Source: a virus
Length of the DNA: 64,000 bases
Virus record (IMG/VR): IMGVR_UViG_3300009103_000007
Coordinates: 32,001-96,000 of that record
Reading direction: 5' to 3' (one strand)
Part shown: positions 40,800 to 51,902 of the stretch, piece after piece
How positions within the stretch are numbered: the stretch's first letter is position 1
How the letters are laid out: every line of letters begins with the position of its first letter
Notes under the pieces: model-generated
Seen by the model: only the letters and a program-made list of their open reading frames with translations
Database searches by the model: none
What the model was told of the DNA's origin: nothing
Program-made: the position numbers and the translations under genes

Positions 40800-41711
40800 A
40801 TGACTTTTTATAACAAAAAAGAAGATGTAATAGATATCAAATTAACACAATTCGGAAAGAACCTGTTAAGCCGCGGCGCCTTTAAGCCAGCGTATTATGC
40901 TTTTTTTGACGATGACATCATATATGAGGCTGCTGCAGGTTTTGTGAAAGAACTACAAAACAATAGCGAAGACAGAATTAGGGATTCAATTCGTTTACAG
41001 ACACCTTATGTAAACATTGGTATTGAAACAAGATTTGACCAAGAAACCAAGAAAATTGAAAAAGGTGATTCCAGTGTTTATAAGATAATACAAAGAAAAC
41101 AGAACCCACTAGAAAAAGAAAAATTGTTAAAGTACCCGCTTGCAGACAAAGAACTGGGCACCCAAAAGACACCTTACTTCAAAGTGGCGTTCCTAGGAAG
41201 TGAAATCACAGGTAGTGTCACAAAATTGATAGAAAAAGTGTCAAACCCCTCAGATTTGAAAATCAAATCGCCGACCGGCATATTAACATCTACGCCACAG
41301 ATTGCTACCAAGCCATTTGTGAATTTAAAAATAGATTATAGTCGCATCATTGAACCCGACGCCACGACCCCATCAGATTTTACTGTTGATCTTCTTGCGG
41401 ATGAAATAACCTATCCAAATGGAATAAGGATCAAAAAGGAAGAGGCTAATATAATTCTTGACTTGCAGGAATTCGGTGTGCCACATCTTCAAGATAATTT
41501 TGAAATTGAGATATTTGAATTCATTGAAGAGGTAGCATCTACCGATGATCCGAACACCGAAGAGGACGAGGGTCTAATACTGACAAGGACAGTTAAACTT
41601 GAAGATAATGATCAGATATTTGAATTGTTTGATATTTTTACGGATTCATCAGTTTCAGTTTATGACCCAGAACAGCGCGCCAAGGAACGCCGAGCACGCA
41701 CTATTTATTAG
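40800..41711 (+). CDS. Putative baseplate/tail-fibre attachment protein (N-terminus paralogous to 49457 gene)
   Basis: IDIKLTQFGKNLLSRGAFKPAYYAFFDDDIIY aligns with ILDAVLTDAGRQRMARGEFKIVKYAFGDEEINY of the 49457 product. Confidence 0.55.
   Translation: MTFYNKKEDVIDIKLTQFGKNLLSRGAFKPAYYAFFDDDIIYEAAAGFVKELQNNSEDRIRDSIRLQTPYVNIGIETRFDQETKKIEKGDSSVYKIIQRKQNPLEKEKLLKYPLADKELGTQKTPYFKVAFLGSEITGSVTKLIEKVSNPSDLKIKSPTGILTSTPQIATKPFVNLKIDYSRIIEPDATTPSDFTVDLLADEITYPNGIRIKKEEANIILDLQEFGVPHLQDNFEIEIFEFIEEVASTDDPNTEEDEGLILTRTVKLEDNDQIFELFDIFTDSSVSVYDPEQRAKERRARTIY
41700..41709 (+). promoter_or_regulatory. Putative late-promoter motif ACTATTTATT embedded in the last codons of the upstream gene
   Basis: Encodes T-I-Y-stop of the 40800 gene and lies just before the GGAGG RBS of ATG 41726. 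Confidence 0.5.
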
Positions 41712-41725
41712 TATTTGGAGGATGA

Positions 41726-44700
41726 ATGAGTACACCAGATCAGATAGCAAACTATAGTCCCTTTCCTGCGCTTTCGATTACATCGGTATTCATAGGCACT
41801 GATGACGTGACAATACGCTGCAGTATATCCACTTCCGGTGGCACAACCTTGACGCCATCTTGGTTCGAAGCTGGTGTTTTTTCACGTTTTGTAAAGTTTT
41901 ATTTTGTATTAACTGGTATTCATTTTAGGGAGGATGACCACAACTCTTCGTGGACTCAAGCCGCCGCGGCCCTGAATATAGATGCCAAAACGCGTTGTCA
42001 GTTCCTTCAAAACGAGGGCCTATTCGAAGATTCAGGGTTCGCTGGACTTACGTCAATTAAAGTTGTTAATTTGTCGGAAATAATATTGGACGAGGCTCAA
42101 TATAGATCAACGAAGGATGTGAATAATATAATATTTGAAATAAAGATCCCAATCAAATTAGGAAACGACTCAGCCGAATACGCCACCGACCGCGACCCGC
42201 TCGTTGGCGAATACACCGAAAACAAGATAAGTTTGGTGGCATTTAGTCACTTAGATGTTCAGGAATTGGCAGATCAGTTTGACATTAACATACCAGAAAA
42301 CCCCACTGATCCATTGTGGCAGATTGGCGGGAATATGACGTACGATACGCTTCTTACGAGAAGTGCTGAACAAGATCCAATGAAGGTACCAGACACTATT
42401 AATACTTTTGTGTATTCTCAATCGGGTACATACAGGGGCAAATCATATGTCACTGGCCAGCCATATATCGGCCCTGCACACTATCACAATGATCCCCTTT
42501 ATTTCAATGCCGGTGACCCCAATGGGAACGATAGATATTACGGCACTGATGCAGAAACTGGTACGGGATACACTGGGTGGATGGCCGGCGCAATTCACAA
42601 CCATGCGCCAGCACCTGATCAACGACAACCCTTGTTAGCTGTTCGTGAAACCAGAAACACAAAAGTTAGCGCAGTTGCTTCCACATTTTCGAGTGTTGGT
42701 TTTTCTGTTGGCTTCTTCGGCGCAAATGCCATATATAGCCAAGAAGAGGGTCAGTTACAACTTGGTGGCCCATTAGTGGAAGATTTAGATAAAAAATTTA
42801 AACAAACGTTTGATCCTCTAGTTCTTTACGGTCGCAGCGGCCGCGCTCAAGGAGGCCTTGGGTTTGTTGAAACATATTTAGATAGGATGAGGCAAATTTA
42901 TTTTATGAAGGAGCATAAGAAGAATTCGATAGAATTTATTGTGGATAAGGAGGCGTGGATCCACACTGAGCATGCGCCCCCAATACAGGCATCGGACACG
43001 GGTTCTGGCGTTGGGCAAACACGTGAAATTGGTAGAAGTTACCATGGTATCCTATTCGGCCTAGATTACAGAAAGATAGTACAAACAAACTCTGTATATG
43101 GGTTTCTTCTTAAGAAATTTGCACCAAATCCGATCGTACCCGACCGCCGCGACTCACTTCTTGCAAGATGCGATCTTGAGGAGATAAAGATATATAGGAG
43201 GAGGTTATCTAATGTTCCAAGTGGCAACAACAGCATGGGCTCTAATGGGTTTGAATATCACCGCGACGAGGAGTTTGGGGAAAAACTTCTTGTAACTTCT
43301 TTTGACCGGCCAGACCTTGAGAGGAATACTCACTCTGAGAACTATAAGATGAATCTCTTCCCCGCCGGCGATGCTACTGGCGCTGCATCCATACAAGAGT
43401 TGGATGTTCGTTATGATCATCTTGGGGAAAACGAACACTTGAGAAGCTTCCTTGTTAAAGATTTTGAGTTATTTCGAAAAGTGAATTATGGAAAATACAC
43501 GTACATAGTAGAGTTAAAAATAAGAGATGGAATTAAAAGCTACATCGTTGAGCGCTATAATGCCCTGCTGGAGGCATCGCAAGTTCTTAAAGAGTTTGTT
43601 GTCTTAGCTTCGAGGCCTTATGTAGATATGAATAATAGATTTTCAGGCTTCGACCATCAAGGGACTTTGGTGAAAACTAATATTGCGCCTCATGGATTGG
43701 TGCCCCTGACTTCAGTGGGATCTTATGATTATGTTATGGATGCCTATACGGAAGACTTCATCAATACAATAGAAAATAATGATTCAATGTGGCCTAGCAA
43801 AATTAGAAATTCTATAGAAACTTATATTGATTCGGCTGTCCTTCTTACTGATAGTGGTAATGCCGCGATTCCCATTTTCGCGCGAAAAGGACAACTCATG
43901 TCAGCCGTAATACCCAACTCGGATTCACCAACACGCGCCAAAGTTAGGTACGCACAGGAGCTTTGTGAGCAGGTTTCTTCTTTAGTTGGAATTTATGAAA
44001 AGTTGTTAGAAAGAGACAAGTATACCCCTGCGCGCCGCTGTCCAGTTAACAATCCATTATCAATATGTTCAGAATTCAATAACACAGAGGATAATCATAT
44101 GTGTAAAAATTCTCTTACTGGCGGTTTTCATGGTTCTTCTACCCCGCGCGCGCCAAAAAAACATATTATAATTAAGGCAGATCTGCGCTTTACCGTCGAG
44201 GCTATCAGGGAAGGCGACGTGGTCGTTTCTTTCGATGTGGTTAATCCTACAGTGTTGCCTCCGGGCATTCGCCATGGTTTTGATCAGGCAACAGAAAGAA
44301 ATCTACTGACGGCCGCTCAGATAGCTGCCGAATACAGACCCTCTGATGAAGCTGTTGATCCATCAGAGTTTTCTGATCGATTGGATTCGGGGCCCCCTGC
44401 TAGTGATTATGATGTTTCTGATGTTTTGGATATGGACTATGGATACGCGCCGACAGCCGTAAGCATGGGCCCAGCAATGCCCGAAATAGATACTTCGGCT
44501 TTAGCTCGCAGCTTATCAAGCTCAGATTCTACTCTACCTGGGTTTGGTGTAACGGGAAGAGAACTCTCGGCGTTAGCTAGTGGGTTGTCCACTCTTAATG
44601 TCGAGCCTCGCGAAATAAAGATTTTTTCTGCTGCTGAGGCGTGGACAATTGCAAGCAATGATGAAATGAAAGGAACAAAAACCGCCAATGAACAAAGTGC

Positions 44701-45505
44701 GAAAGCAAATAGACTGGAAATAATTGTAGGACAGGGTAACGCTAGGGATAGCGACGGCTCTGCTGGTTTTGGGTTCTATTACGATCCTTCTGCCTATAAT
44801 TCGCAAGCCGCGGCCGCTGCTGGCATTGTAGGGGGTATTTCTTTTGGAATTGCCGGCGCAGGCGTCGGCACCGCGACCCCATCGCCCCGCCGTTCGGTCC
44901 CTGCGAATTACGGACTTGATATTGAGCGCCGCACAAAACTATCTGCTGCTATCGAGGCCGCTTTGTGTGCTGCCGCCGGCTTTCGAAATTTTTCTGCGAT
45001 TTTGGAAAGGGAAAGTTTGGAGGTAACAGCAGAAGAGCTTGCAGTGGCTAGAAATGTTGGGAATCAATATTACCAAACCATGGATATGCTTCGTGCAGCA
45101 ACCCGAGTTTTTAATGTTGGCCCAGGCATGCCCGCGGGGTCAAACTCAATGTCTCAGAATGCCAGAGAGGCTACGCGGAATGGTGAAATCTCGGGAGGTA
45201 TATCTGACTTACCCTCAGCTCGCACTTTCGAATCTCCCGCACAACTACAACGCGCCGACCCGCATGCTGAATTCTTTGGCTCTAGGAGCGCTCCGCTAGT
45301 ACTTAAGACCGGTCCGTCCCTTGGTGCTTCCGGCGCCGGTACATTTAGGAACCTACCGCGAAATTCAAGAATAGTATCCACTCCAATGCCGGGATCGACA
45401 GTGATGCTTGCAAGGATTCAACACAATTCACGTTCAGAATTTGCAGGTCAGGGAAATGTGAGAACATCTAATGATGTGGGATTCTTGGAGGTGCGTAATG
45501 ACTAA
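41726..45505 (+). CDS. Large putative virion protein (1259 aa) with Ala/Gly/Ser-rich C-terminal third
   Basis: Long ORF in the structural block, GGAGG RBS; His-containing YIGPAHYH...GWMAGAIHNH segment; YGKYTYIVEL Ig-like strand. Confidence 0.55.
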   Translation: MSTPDQIANYSPFPALSITSVFIGTDDVTIRCSISTSGGTTLTPSWFEAGVFSRFVKFYFVLTGIHFREDDHNSSWTQAAAALNIDAKTRCQFLQNEGLFEDSGFAGLTSIKVVNLSEIILDEAQYRSTKDVNNIIFEIKIPIKLGNDSAEYATDRDPLVGEYTENKISLVAFSHLDVQELADQFDINIPENPTDPLWQIGGNMTYDTLLTRSAEQDPMKVPDTINTFVYSQSGTYRGKSYVTGQPYIGPAHYHNDPLYFNAGDPNGNDRYYGTDAETGTGYTGWMAGAIHNHAPAPDQRQPLLAVRETRNTKVSAVASTFSSVGFSVGFFGANAIYSQEEGQLQLGGPLVEDLDKKFKQTFDPLVLYGRSGRAQGGLGFVETYLDRMRQIYFMKEHKKNSIEFIVDKEAWIHTEHAPPIQASDTGSGVGQTREIGRSYHGILFGLDYRKIVQTNSVYGFLLKKFAPNPIVPDRRDSLLARCDLEEIKIYRRRLSNVPSGNNSMGSNGFEYHRDEEFGEKLLVTSFDRPDLERNTHSENYKMNLFPAGDATGAASIQELDVRYDHLGENEHLRSFLVKDFELFRKVNYGKYTYIVELKIRDGIKSYIVERYNALLEASQVLKEFVVLASRPYVDMNNRFSGFDHQGTLVKTNIAPHGLVPLTSVGSYDYVMDAYTEDFINTIENNDSMWPSKIRNSIETYIDSAVLLTDSGNAAIPIFARKGQLMSAVIPNSDSPTRAKVRYAQELCEQVSSLVGIYEKLLERDKYTPARRCPVNNPLSICSEFNNTEDNHMCKNSLTGGFHGSSTPRAPKKHIIIKADLRFTVEAIREGDVVVSFDVVNPTVLPPGIRHGFDQATERNLLTAAQIAAEYRPSDEAVDPSEFSDRLDSGPPASDYDVSDVLDMDYGYAPTAVSMGPAMPEIDTSALARSLSSSDSTLPGFGVTGRELSALASGLSTLNVEPREIKIFSAAEAWTIASNDEMKGTKTANEQSAKANRLEIIVGQGNARDSDGSAGFGFYYDPSAYNSQAAAAAGIVGGISFGIAGAGVGTATPSPRRSVPANYGLDIERRTKLSAAIEAALCAAAGFRNFSAILERESLEVTAEELAVARNVGNQYYQTMDMLRAATRVFNVGPGMPAGSNSMSQNAREATRNGEISGGISDLPSARTFESPAQLQRADPHAEFFGSRSAPLVLKTGPSLGASGAGTFRNLPRNSRIVSTPMPGSTVMLARIQHNSRSEFAGQGNVRTSNDVGFLEVRND

Positions 45506-48500
45506 TAGATTCGAGGATCCTTGCTCTGCACCACCACCATGTCCAGATCCCAACAATCCCGAGTGTGATAATAATCCGTGGCGCCGGAATAACAACGGCG
45601 GGAACGAGACAACACCAGTCCCGCCGGTACACCCCAGAACAGCTACAAGGGTCTTATTTCCAAAAAATGTAATCACTTCGAACGAGATGTTACTATCGGA
45701 TTCTGATCCGGATTCCGACTCTTTCAACAATCCACTAACTTCCAATAGAAGTGTGACATTGATAGATACTCATTTTTGGCTGCAGGGGCTTCCGTTTCGA
45801 CACAATGAACGAGGGCAGGCAGATCAAACTTCCAATTGGGCCCAGCGCGCCTCAAAATATATTCCTTCGCCGGTTAGCAGGTCATCTATACGGATCGCTT
45901 CTACAGGTCGAGATGATCATAGTAATTATGGCAGGGGTCTTGGAGGCACTGTACGTGTCCATCAGGACCGAGAAAGACAAAGGGTCAGGTACCGTGAAGG
46001 CGGCCACGCTTTAGATGAATTAGAGTATGGCATGATATCATCTCCGTGGGAAGGCTTTGGAAAGTTTGATAGTTTTCGGTATGTTACAGCGTTATTTTAT
46101 GATGTTCGAAAGTCTGGAGCTGTTGGGCCCGTGTTCCCCATCAAATATGGGTACCAACATACGCGCCTACCAGAATTGCCGGGCGTCGAGACATTCAATT
46201 ATGGTATTAAGCACAAGATAACGATAGGTAATGTCGACGGATTCCCTACGGGTGACAGATCCGATGAGGAAAGTCCCTTTCGGTTTCCAAAAGAGGACTT
46301 TTCTGTTCCTGAAGCGAATTGGTCTGGCGCCCATTGGCGAACTGCCATTGATGTAGACCTTACTGGATATCATGATCACGAAACCGTGGATGACGAGCAG
46401 TATGCGCACTTCGCAAACCCCGAAGAAACGACTCTTAGCAGACGCTGGTCGCTGTATAGATCTCTCTATATGTTCGGCTACTCGAACGTGTGGCCGCGGC
46501 GCATACCAGACAAAGCGGTATACATCGGCGTCGATGCCGGAAGCCGCGGCCCAAATCCAATTGATTTTGAGAGACAATTTAAAATCGATTTGGCTGCAGC
46601 TTGGGACAATTTGCCAAATGAAAGAAAGGCGAGATACAGTCATGGGGTTATTCCGGATAGGAGATTCATCGCGGACACAACTTTCGAGTCCCCGATACCT
46701 TTTTATGAGGGCGAATTGGCAAGGATGTCCATTCCCCAATCTGTAACAGGTAAGGTCTCACTGCATCTTACAAATACAGATATTGATAAAGTACCCACAA
46801 CCAGAAAAGCTAGCTTATATAGGACATATTCAGCTACGAGGGAAAGTGCTGAACTTCTTGAAAGTGGCAATGCAGCTTGGTGCCCCATATTGCCAGATCA
46901 TCAGGATAAGATCCAAAAATTTACTTGCCAAAATGTGATTGATTTTAAGGAGATACACGACAGCGGTTTGTTAACAACATTTAATAAGCATGTGCATATA
47001 AGGATAGGCACGAGTCAGACTTCAAAATTGGCGGATTTGTTGCGAGAAACAAAAATGGATAAGCATATATTGGAGTATATGTGTAAATATTCATCGGAAA
47101 ACCGACTATACACACAAGTTATGGATGAATCGCATCGCGATATGAATGTGGCAGTCCAAGGGCGTGACCGCGCCCAAGCCGGAGCTGGTACAACTTCTGA
47201 ATCTTATAGAGTGAATGAGGGTATAGTGGAGAGTGTGAGAATCCGAGCATGGCCTCGCCAATTTGATTTTAATTATGTAGATGATGTTCCCCCAGATCTT
47301 GCGACCACAGCTGAGAAATGGCCAGTGGACCCGATTGCATATATAAGAGATGAGATAAAAGACTTTCAAGAAGATGAATATAGTGATTATTCTGAAATAA
47401 CTTACGAAGATGCCGTAAACATGGAATGCCCAGACCAGCGCGCCATCGCCAAGTCTATTACACGCACCCAATATGCAGAAAAACTCCAGTATTCTCTGCA
47501 ACGCTGCGCCGATTATCGGCGCAGCGTGAGAAGTCCCGACGGAACCCTTGCGCTTGAAACGGTCAATACGTGCATGGAACGCGTTCTCAGCGCCTTGGAT
47601 AGATCGATGCGCCAAGCGCTCGCCACGATCGAGGCATCACAGCCCGGAAGCGATATAACGGTTTATTATTTTAATCCTGACACAGGGGAACTTGACAGGT
47701 CCCATGTTCTGCGCGCCAACTGCCGAAGCATCGACGCGTCTACAGGCATTGCGAAGAAAAAATACAGCGGATTTGACAAGAAGGCATATCCGCTAAATTA
47801 TGAGAATCACAATCAAGAGGACATGTTACGATTTTGGGATTTTATTAGAAGTCAAGTCTTTTGGAATAAGTTTAAAAACTTTTATTATCCTGAAAACCAC
47901 TCAAACGAATATATAAGATCTTTTAAAGATATTGTGGAAGGCAAAAAAGCATACTCAGAGGTTATCGGATACAAAGTATGCAAATATATGATACTGGATG
48001 GCGAGGTTCAAGATATAGAACCCTTGCAGGAATTTTATATGATGGACTGCAGCGAAATCCGGGAAATAGATTTTTATGACACTCAGATAGTTTTTGGCTT
48101 ATCCTACATGTATAGAATTTATGCCATTAATATGGTATTCGGTTCTAGATATCAGTATGATAAGGCGTATCTTAGGGGTTGGGGAGGCTTCGGCACCGGC
48201 GGACACGCATCACACGGCGATTCTAACGCCGATGGCTCCGTATTGGTGGGTCATAACCTTCGCGGCCCATCGATTAGTCGTTGGCAACAGGGTCCGGGCT
48301 CAAATCCCTTGCCCCACAAGAAGAACATCGATGCACGACTGGTTGTAAATACATATCCGTTTTTTACGATTGTAGAAACCCCCTTCATGGAGAAGTACGT
48401 GAAGGTAGTCGACCGGCCACCACTCTTTCCACAGGTAACATTTTTGCCATATCAGGGAATAGCAGATAAGTTGAGAGTGATGATGCATGCAAACTATGGC

Positions 48501-49367
48501 CAATATAGTGCGGTACCAATTGGGATTCTTGAGAGTGATGAGGAAATAATGAATACAATGCAGGAGTCGGCAGCAAGACAAATGCACGACAATCCAGCAT
48601 ACCCTCATGACGGCAAAGTAAACTATAAGCACGATTCTATACCAACTCACTATCAAATAATGAGATTGGGAAAGCCGCGTAATGTTGAAACGGCGCCCTA
48701 TTCTTGGCCGCCAAATAGATATGAGGATTTCAAATATAGTCAGTATGTTGCAGAAATTCCTACGTCGGGCATGTGTGCATTCTTTGAAGAAGACGTTACT
48801 ACTGGGTTTATGCCTGATACTGAATACTATTATATATTTCGGGCAAAAGATGACCAAGGTATCTCAAACCCCACTGAGGTGTTTCGAGTAAAAATGGCCA
48901 CCTATGAGAATGGGACCTTTATGGATATGAGGACACACGAGTTGACACCAGAGATTGACAAGAGGTCCATTACTTTTGAAAGGTTGTTGGAAATAAGACC
49001 AAGCTTAAAATATCGTCAAATAAAATTCAGAAACGACCCAAACACGCCTCCAGATCCAGATGGTGTCCGCCTCGGTCGACCATTTCCGGATGCTTTCGGT
49101 CTGGAACGGGAACACACCCCATTGTATGGTCGTAAATTTAAGATGAGAATAACATCGAAAACTTCCGGAAGAAAGATGGATATCCATTTTAGTTTTAAGA
49201 CAGGTAACAGTGTTGTCCCCATACAAGTGGGTGCACCGGATAGGGTTGTCCAAGGGGACCCCCGCTGGCGCCCACCTCCGGAGAAAGAAACTCCGTGTGG
49301 CACATCATCTAAGGTCCGGTCGGCTATAGAATATAGAGATGAGTTGTTTTCAGAGGATGATGAGTAG
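45498..49367 (+). CDS. Large putative virion protein (~1290 aa) with fibronectin type III-like domains
   Basis: ATG at 45498 after GGAGG; FYDTQIVFGLSYMYRIYAIN and F.PDTEYYYIFRAKDDQGISNPT resemble FN3 C-terminal strands. Confidence 0.55.
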   Translation: MTNRFEDPCSAPPPCPDPNNPECDNNPWRRNNNGGNETTPVPPVHPRTATRVLFPKNVITSNEMLLSDSDPDSDSFNNPLTSNRSVTLIDTHFWLQGLPFRHNERGQADQTSNWAQRASKYIPSPVSRSSIRIASTGRDDHSNYGRGLGGTVRVHQDRERQRVRYREGGHALDELEYGMISSPWEGFGKFDSFRYVTALFYDVRKSGAVGPVFPIKYGYQHTRLPELPGVETFNYGIKHKITIGNVDGFPTGDRSDEESPFRFPKEDFSVPEANWSGAHWRTAIDVDLTGYHDHETVDDEQYAHFANPEETTLSRRWSLYRSLYMFGYSNVWPRRIPDKAVYIGVDAGSRGPNPIDFERQFKIDLAAAWDNLPNERKARYSHGVIPDRRFIADTTFESPIPFYEGELARMSIPQSVTGKVSLHLTNTDIDKVPTTRKASLYRTYSATRESAELLESGNAAWCPILPDHQDKIQKFTCQNVIDFKEIHDSGLLTTFNKHVHIRIGTSQTSKLADLLRETKMDKHILEYMCKYSSENRLYTQVMDESHRDMNVAVQGRDRAQAGAGTTSESYRVNEGIVESVRIRAWPRQFDFNYVDDVPPDLATTAEKWPVDPIAYIRDEIKDFQEDEYSDYSEITYEDAVNMECPDQRAIAKSITRTQYAEKLQYSLQRCADYRRSVRSPDGTLALETVNTCMERVLSALDRSMRQALATIEASQPGSDITVYYFNPDTGELDRSHVLRANCRSIDASTGIAKKKYSGFDKKAYPLNYENHNQEDMLRFWDFIRSQVFWNKFKNFYYPENHSNEYIRSFKDIVEGKKAYSEVIGYKVCKYMILDGEVQDIEPLQEFYMMDCSEIREIDFYDTQIVFGLSYMYRIYAINMVFGSRYQYDKAYLRGWGGFGTGGHASHGDSNADGSVLVGHNLRGPSISRWQQGPGSNPLPHKKNIDARLVVNTYPFFTIVETPFMEKYVKVVDRPPLFPQVTFLPYQGIADKLRVMMHANYGQYSAVPIGILESDEEIMNTMQESAARQMHDNPAYPHDGKVNYKHDSIPTHYQIMRLGKPRNVETAPYSWPPNRYEDFKYSQYVAEIPTSGMCAFFEEDVTTGFMPDTEYYYIFRAKDDQGISNPTEVFRVKMATYENGTFMDMRTHELTPEIDKRSITFERLLEIRPSLKYRQIKFRNDPNTPPDPDGVRLGRPFPDAFGLEREHTPLYGRKFKMRITSKTSGRKMDIHFSFKTGNSVVPIQVGAPDRVVQGDPRWRPPPEKETPCGTSSKVRSAIEYRDELFSEDDE

Positions 49368-49404
49368 GTGAATAATGATTATTAGTTTGCTAAATACCAA
49401 ATTT

Positions 49405-49420
49405 AAAACTATTTATTTTA
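49405..49420 (+). promoter_or_regulatory. Putative late promoter AAAACTATTTATTTTA
   Basis: Identical to 23455-23470; intergenic, upstream of AAGGAG RBS and ATG 49457. Confidence 0.6.
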
Positions 49421-49456
49421 TAAAAAGTGATCATTTTGCGTTAAAGGAGATAATTT

Positions 49457-50536
49457 ATGGCTTTTTTGGATAATTCTGGTGATATTATTTTAGATGCGGT
49501 TCTTACCGACGCCGGCCGCCAGCGCATGGCCAGAGGCGAGTTTAAGATAGTTAAGTATGCTTTCGGAGATGAAGAGATAAATTATGCACTTTTTAATGGT
49601 AATCACCCTAGCGGCTCTGCGTTTGCAGATATTAAAATAATGCAAACACCCGTGATGGAGGCATTTACAAACAATACTTCATTGATGAAGACAAAGTTAA
49701 TTTCTCTTAATAGGAATAATATTCTTTTTCTGCCAATTTTGAGAGTAAATGAAAGGCCCGCCTTCGACTCAGGAGTCGCTACCTCTTGGGCATCCAAGGC
49801 AAATCAAGGCTCTTATAAAAATGGCTGGATTCTTTTAGCTGATAAGGCGACAAAAGATGCATTGAATCCTGGAGGCGTCCACGAACGAGATCCAGGCCGC
49901 GGCATATTTGTCGGCCACGCAAATCCACCAGAGGGTCAAGTTAGACATATTTGTATTGATCAGGGTATAGAGACGGGAGGAAAGGTGCCTCCTGAGACTC
50001 CGATGCCCGATGATCTTCGCGAAACGGCATATTTGGTTCGTATGGATCATCGACTCATGAGGTTGTCCCTCGCATCAACGGGCGATAAAGAAGACGACAA
50101 CGCCCTCGGCCCTTCCGGAGTTCCGAGGCAAATCGCTGGTGATATATTACAGAATTCTTTTGTGGACGATGACGGAATAGCAACATATTACTTACCCAGA
50201 ACTCATTTCGGCCCATCTGCCGCCACCCGGGCCGCTGGTATTGTAGCAGCAAGAGGTCACGAAGATGCCAACAAAATTACTAAAGCTATCACCGCAGAAT
50301 CTTTTAATGGACCCCTTGGCCCACGATTGCGATTCGCTCCCAAGAGTTCCCTACACATACAGCAGACTGATGCATTGTTCGATGAGATTGGCAAAACTGT
50401 AACATCTGGCAAGAATATCGTTGTTGGTGCTAGCACACTCACTGCATACAAATTTATTGATACACTGATAAACGTGGTAGGGGTGACCACAGGACATTCT
50501 ATTGATTTGCCAATAAGAATTATAAAGAAGACTTAA
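49457..50536 (+). CDS. Putative baseplate/tail-fibre attachment protein
   Basis: MAFLDNSGDIILDAVLTDAGRQRMARG..KYAFGDEEINY N-terminus resembles the first half of tail-collar/DUF3751-like domains; structural context. Confidence 0.55.
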   Translation: MAFLDNSGDIILDAVLTDAGRQRMARGEFKIVKYAFGDEEINYALFNGNHPSGSAFADIKIMQTPVMEAFTNNTSLMKTKLISLNRNNILFLPILRVNERPAFDSGVATSWASKANQGSYKNGWILLADKATKDALNPGGVHERDPGRGIFVGHANPPEGQVRHICIDQGIETGGKVPPETPMPDDLRETAYLVRMDHRLMRLSLASTGDKEDDNALGPSGVPRQIAGDILQNSFVDDDGIATYYLPRTHFGPSAATRAAGIVAARGHEDANKITKAITAESFNGPLGPRLRFAPKSSLHIQQTDALFDEIGKTVTSGKNIVVGASTLTAYKFIDTLINVVGVTTGHSIDLPIRIIKKT

Positions 50537-50554
50537 AAGAATTAGGAGAAGCAA

Positions 50555-51901
50555 ATGGCACAAGCGACATTTTTTAAAACCTTTACAAATACGGACAGAA
50601 CCTCAACAAGGACATTGTTACATGAGGCTATCCCGATCACGGGAGCAATTGTCTCTGGCACATATAATCGTGTAAGTTCAAATTCAGGAAGAGAGAAGAA
50701 TATAAAAGTATTTTCCCATGGTATGTTTCAATCCGTATACGATTATCCGTATTTATCATCTTCGGCAAATCATATATTTGACATTAGTGTGGGTTGCAGC
50801 ACTGCGTCTGCGTTATCTGCCAGCAAGGCAATCGTTGGAGTGGACTACGTACAGATTGATAAGAAAGTAAACATTTACAATCAAATGGCTCAAATGCTTA
50901 TGGGTTACGAGCTGCAAACCATTCCAGGTGCAGATGGCACAAACTTCACTCAAACAAGAATTCGAGCATTTGATGCCGACGCCGATTTCTCAACAGCAGG
51001 CGACAAAATGCATGATGCTATATTTTTCAACTTTTCGCGCCTCCTAACGAAAGACGAAATAAAGAAGGGGTCTTTTAAGATGAAGCTCGGAGCAGGCCAC
51101 TGGACTGCTTCGGTGGGCTCTGTATCAAATGGTGGAACTTTTACGGTAGCGGACACAGACGCTGCTTCTAATTATTTTATTAACTGCCCAGCCGGAGAGT
51201 ATGGAATTCTTTATGGCACAAATGACGGCTCTTATACCCAGTTGAGTGCATCAAGCCCAACATCAACAAAGGTTGGTTTAATATTTTATCAAGCCGGCAT
51301 ATGTGTACTAACATCTTCAATTTTTGAGGATGGCACTGGCCGGATTTATAAAAAGAGCGCCGGCGCCAATGGCGCCGGCACCGCTTATGCTGCTGGCGCA
51401 CACGTCGTCCGCGATCACGGCGCCGGCGGCGTACAAAACAGCTTGTTGCATTCCCGCGTTGGTGCTCTTTATACGGGATCCCTCGCCGGCAACGCTGGCC
51501 GCGGCTTTTTCTATGATTCAGATAAAACAAAATCTAGGCGCTATCACGAGCTATTTACGGGCTCAACAATAGACACTTTGTGTGACGGTATACGAAACAA
51601 AGTTATAAACATTTCATTTAATAATACCACCGAGTTGAATTCAACGGTTTATTTTTGTAGGGCTCACCACAATGAGTTTAACTATTCTTCTAACCCAACA
51701 TACTTAAGCGGTAGCCAGATGAGGGTCAAGACTATCGGAGCTGCCGGCGTTGGCAATGCTTTAATGCCACCCCGCGCATACATTACCACAGTTGGACTCT
51801 ACTCCGCAGACAATGAATTGTTGGCAGTTGCCAAGCTTTCTGAACCAATCAGAAAGGATCCAACTAATGAGGTAACCTTAAGAGTCCGCCTGGATTACTA
51901 A
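50555..51901 (+). CDS. Putative baseplate/tail-fibre attachment protein (paralogue of 51903 gene)
   Basis: C-terminus FCRAHHNEFNYSSNPTY...YITTVGLYSADNELLAVAKLSEPIRKD...LRVRLDY; AGGAG RBS. Confidence 0.6.
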   Translation: MAQATFFKTFTNTDRTSTRTLLHEAIPITGAIVSGTYNRVSSNSGREKNIKVFSHGMFQSVYDYPYLSSSANHIFDISVGCSTASALSASKAIVGVDYVQIDKKVNIYNQMAQMLMGYELQTIPGADGTNFTQTRIRAFDADADFSTAGDKMHDAIFFNFSRLLTKDEIKKGSFKMKLGAGHWTASVGSVSNGGTFTVADTDAASNYFINCPAGEYGILYGTNDGSYTQLSASSPTSTKVGLIFYQAGICVLTSSIFEDGTGRIYKKSAGANGAGTAYAAGAHVVRDHGAGGVQNSLLHSRVGALYTGSLAGNAGRGFFYDSDKTKSRRYHELFTGSTIDTLCDGIRNKVINISFNNTTELNSTVYFCRAHHNEFNYSSNPTYLSGSQMRVKTIGAAGVGNALMPPRAYITTVGLYSADNELLAVAKLSEPIRKDPTNEVTLRVRLDY

Positions 51902-51902
51902 A

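Noticed and set aside
50534-50557. Stop read-through fusing the in-frame 49457 and 50555 genes
   Set aside because: A second in-frame stop (TAG) follows within the spacer and the downstream gene has its own AGGAG RBS.
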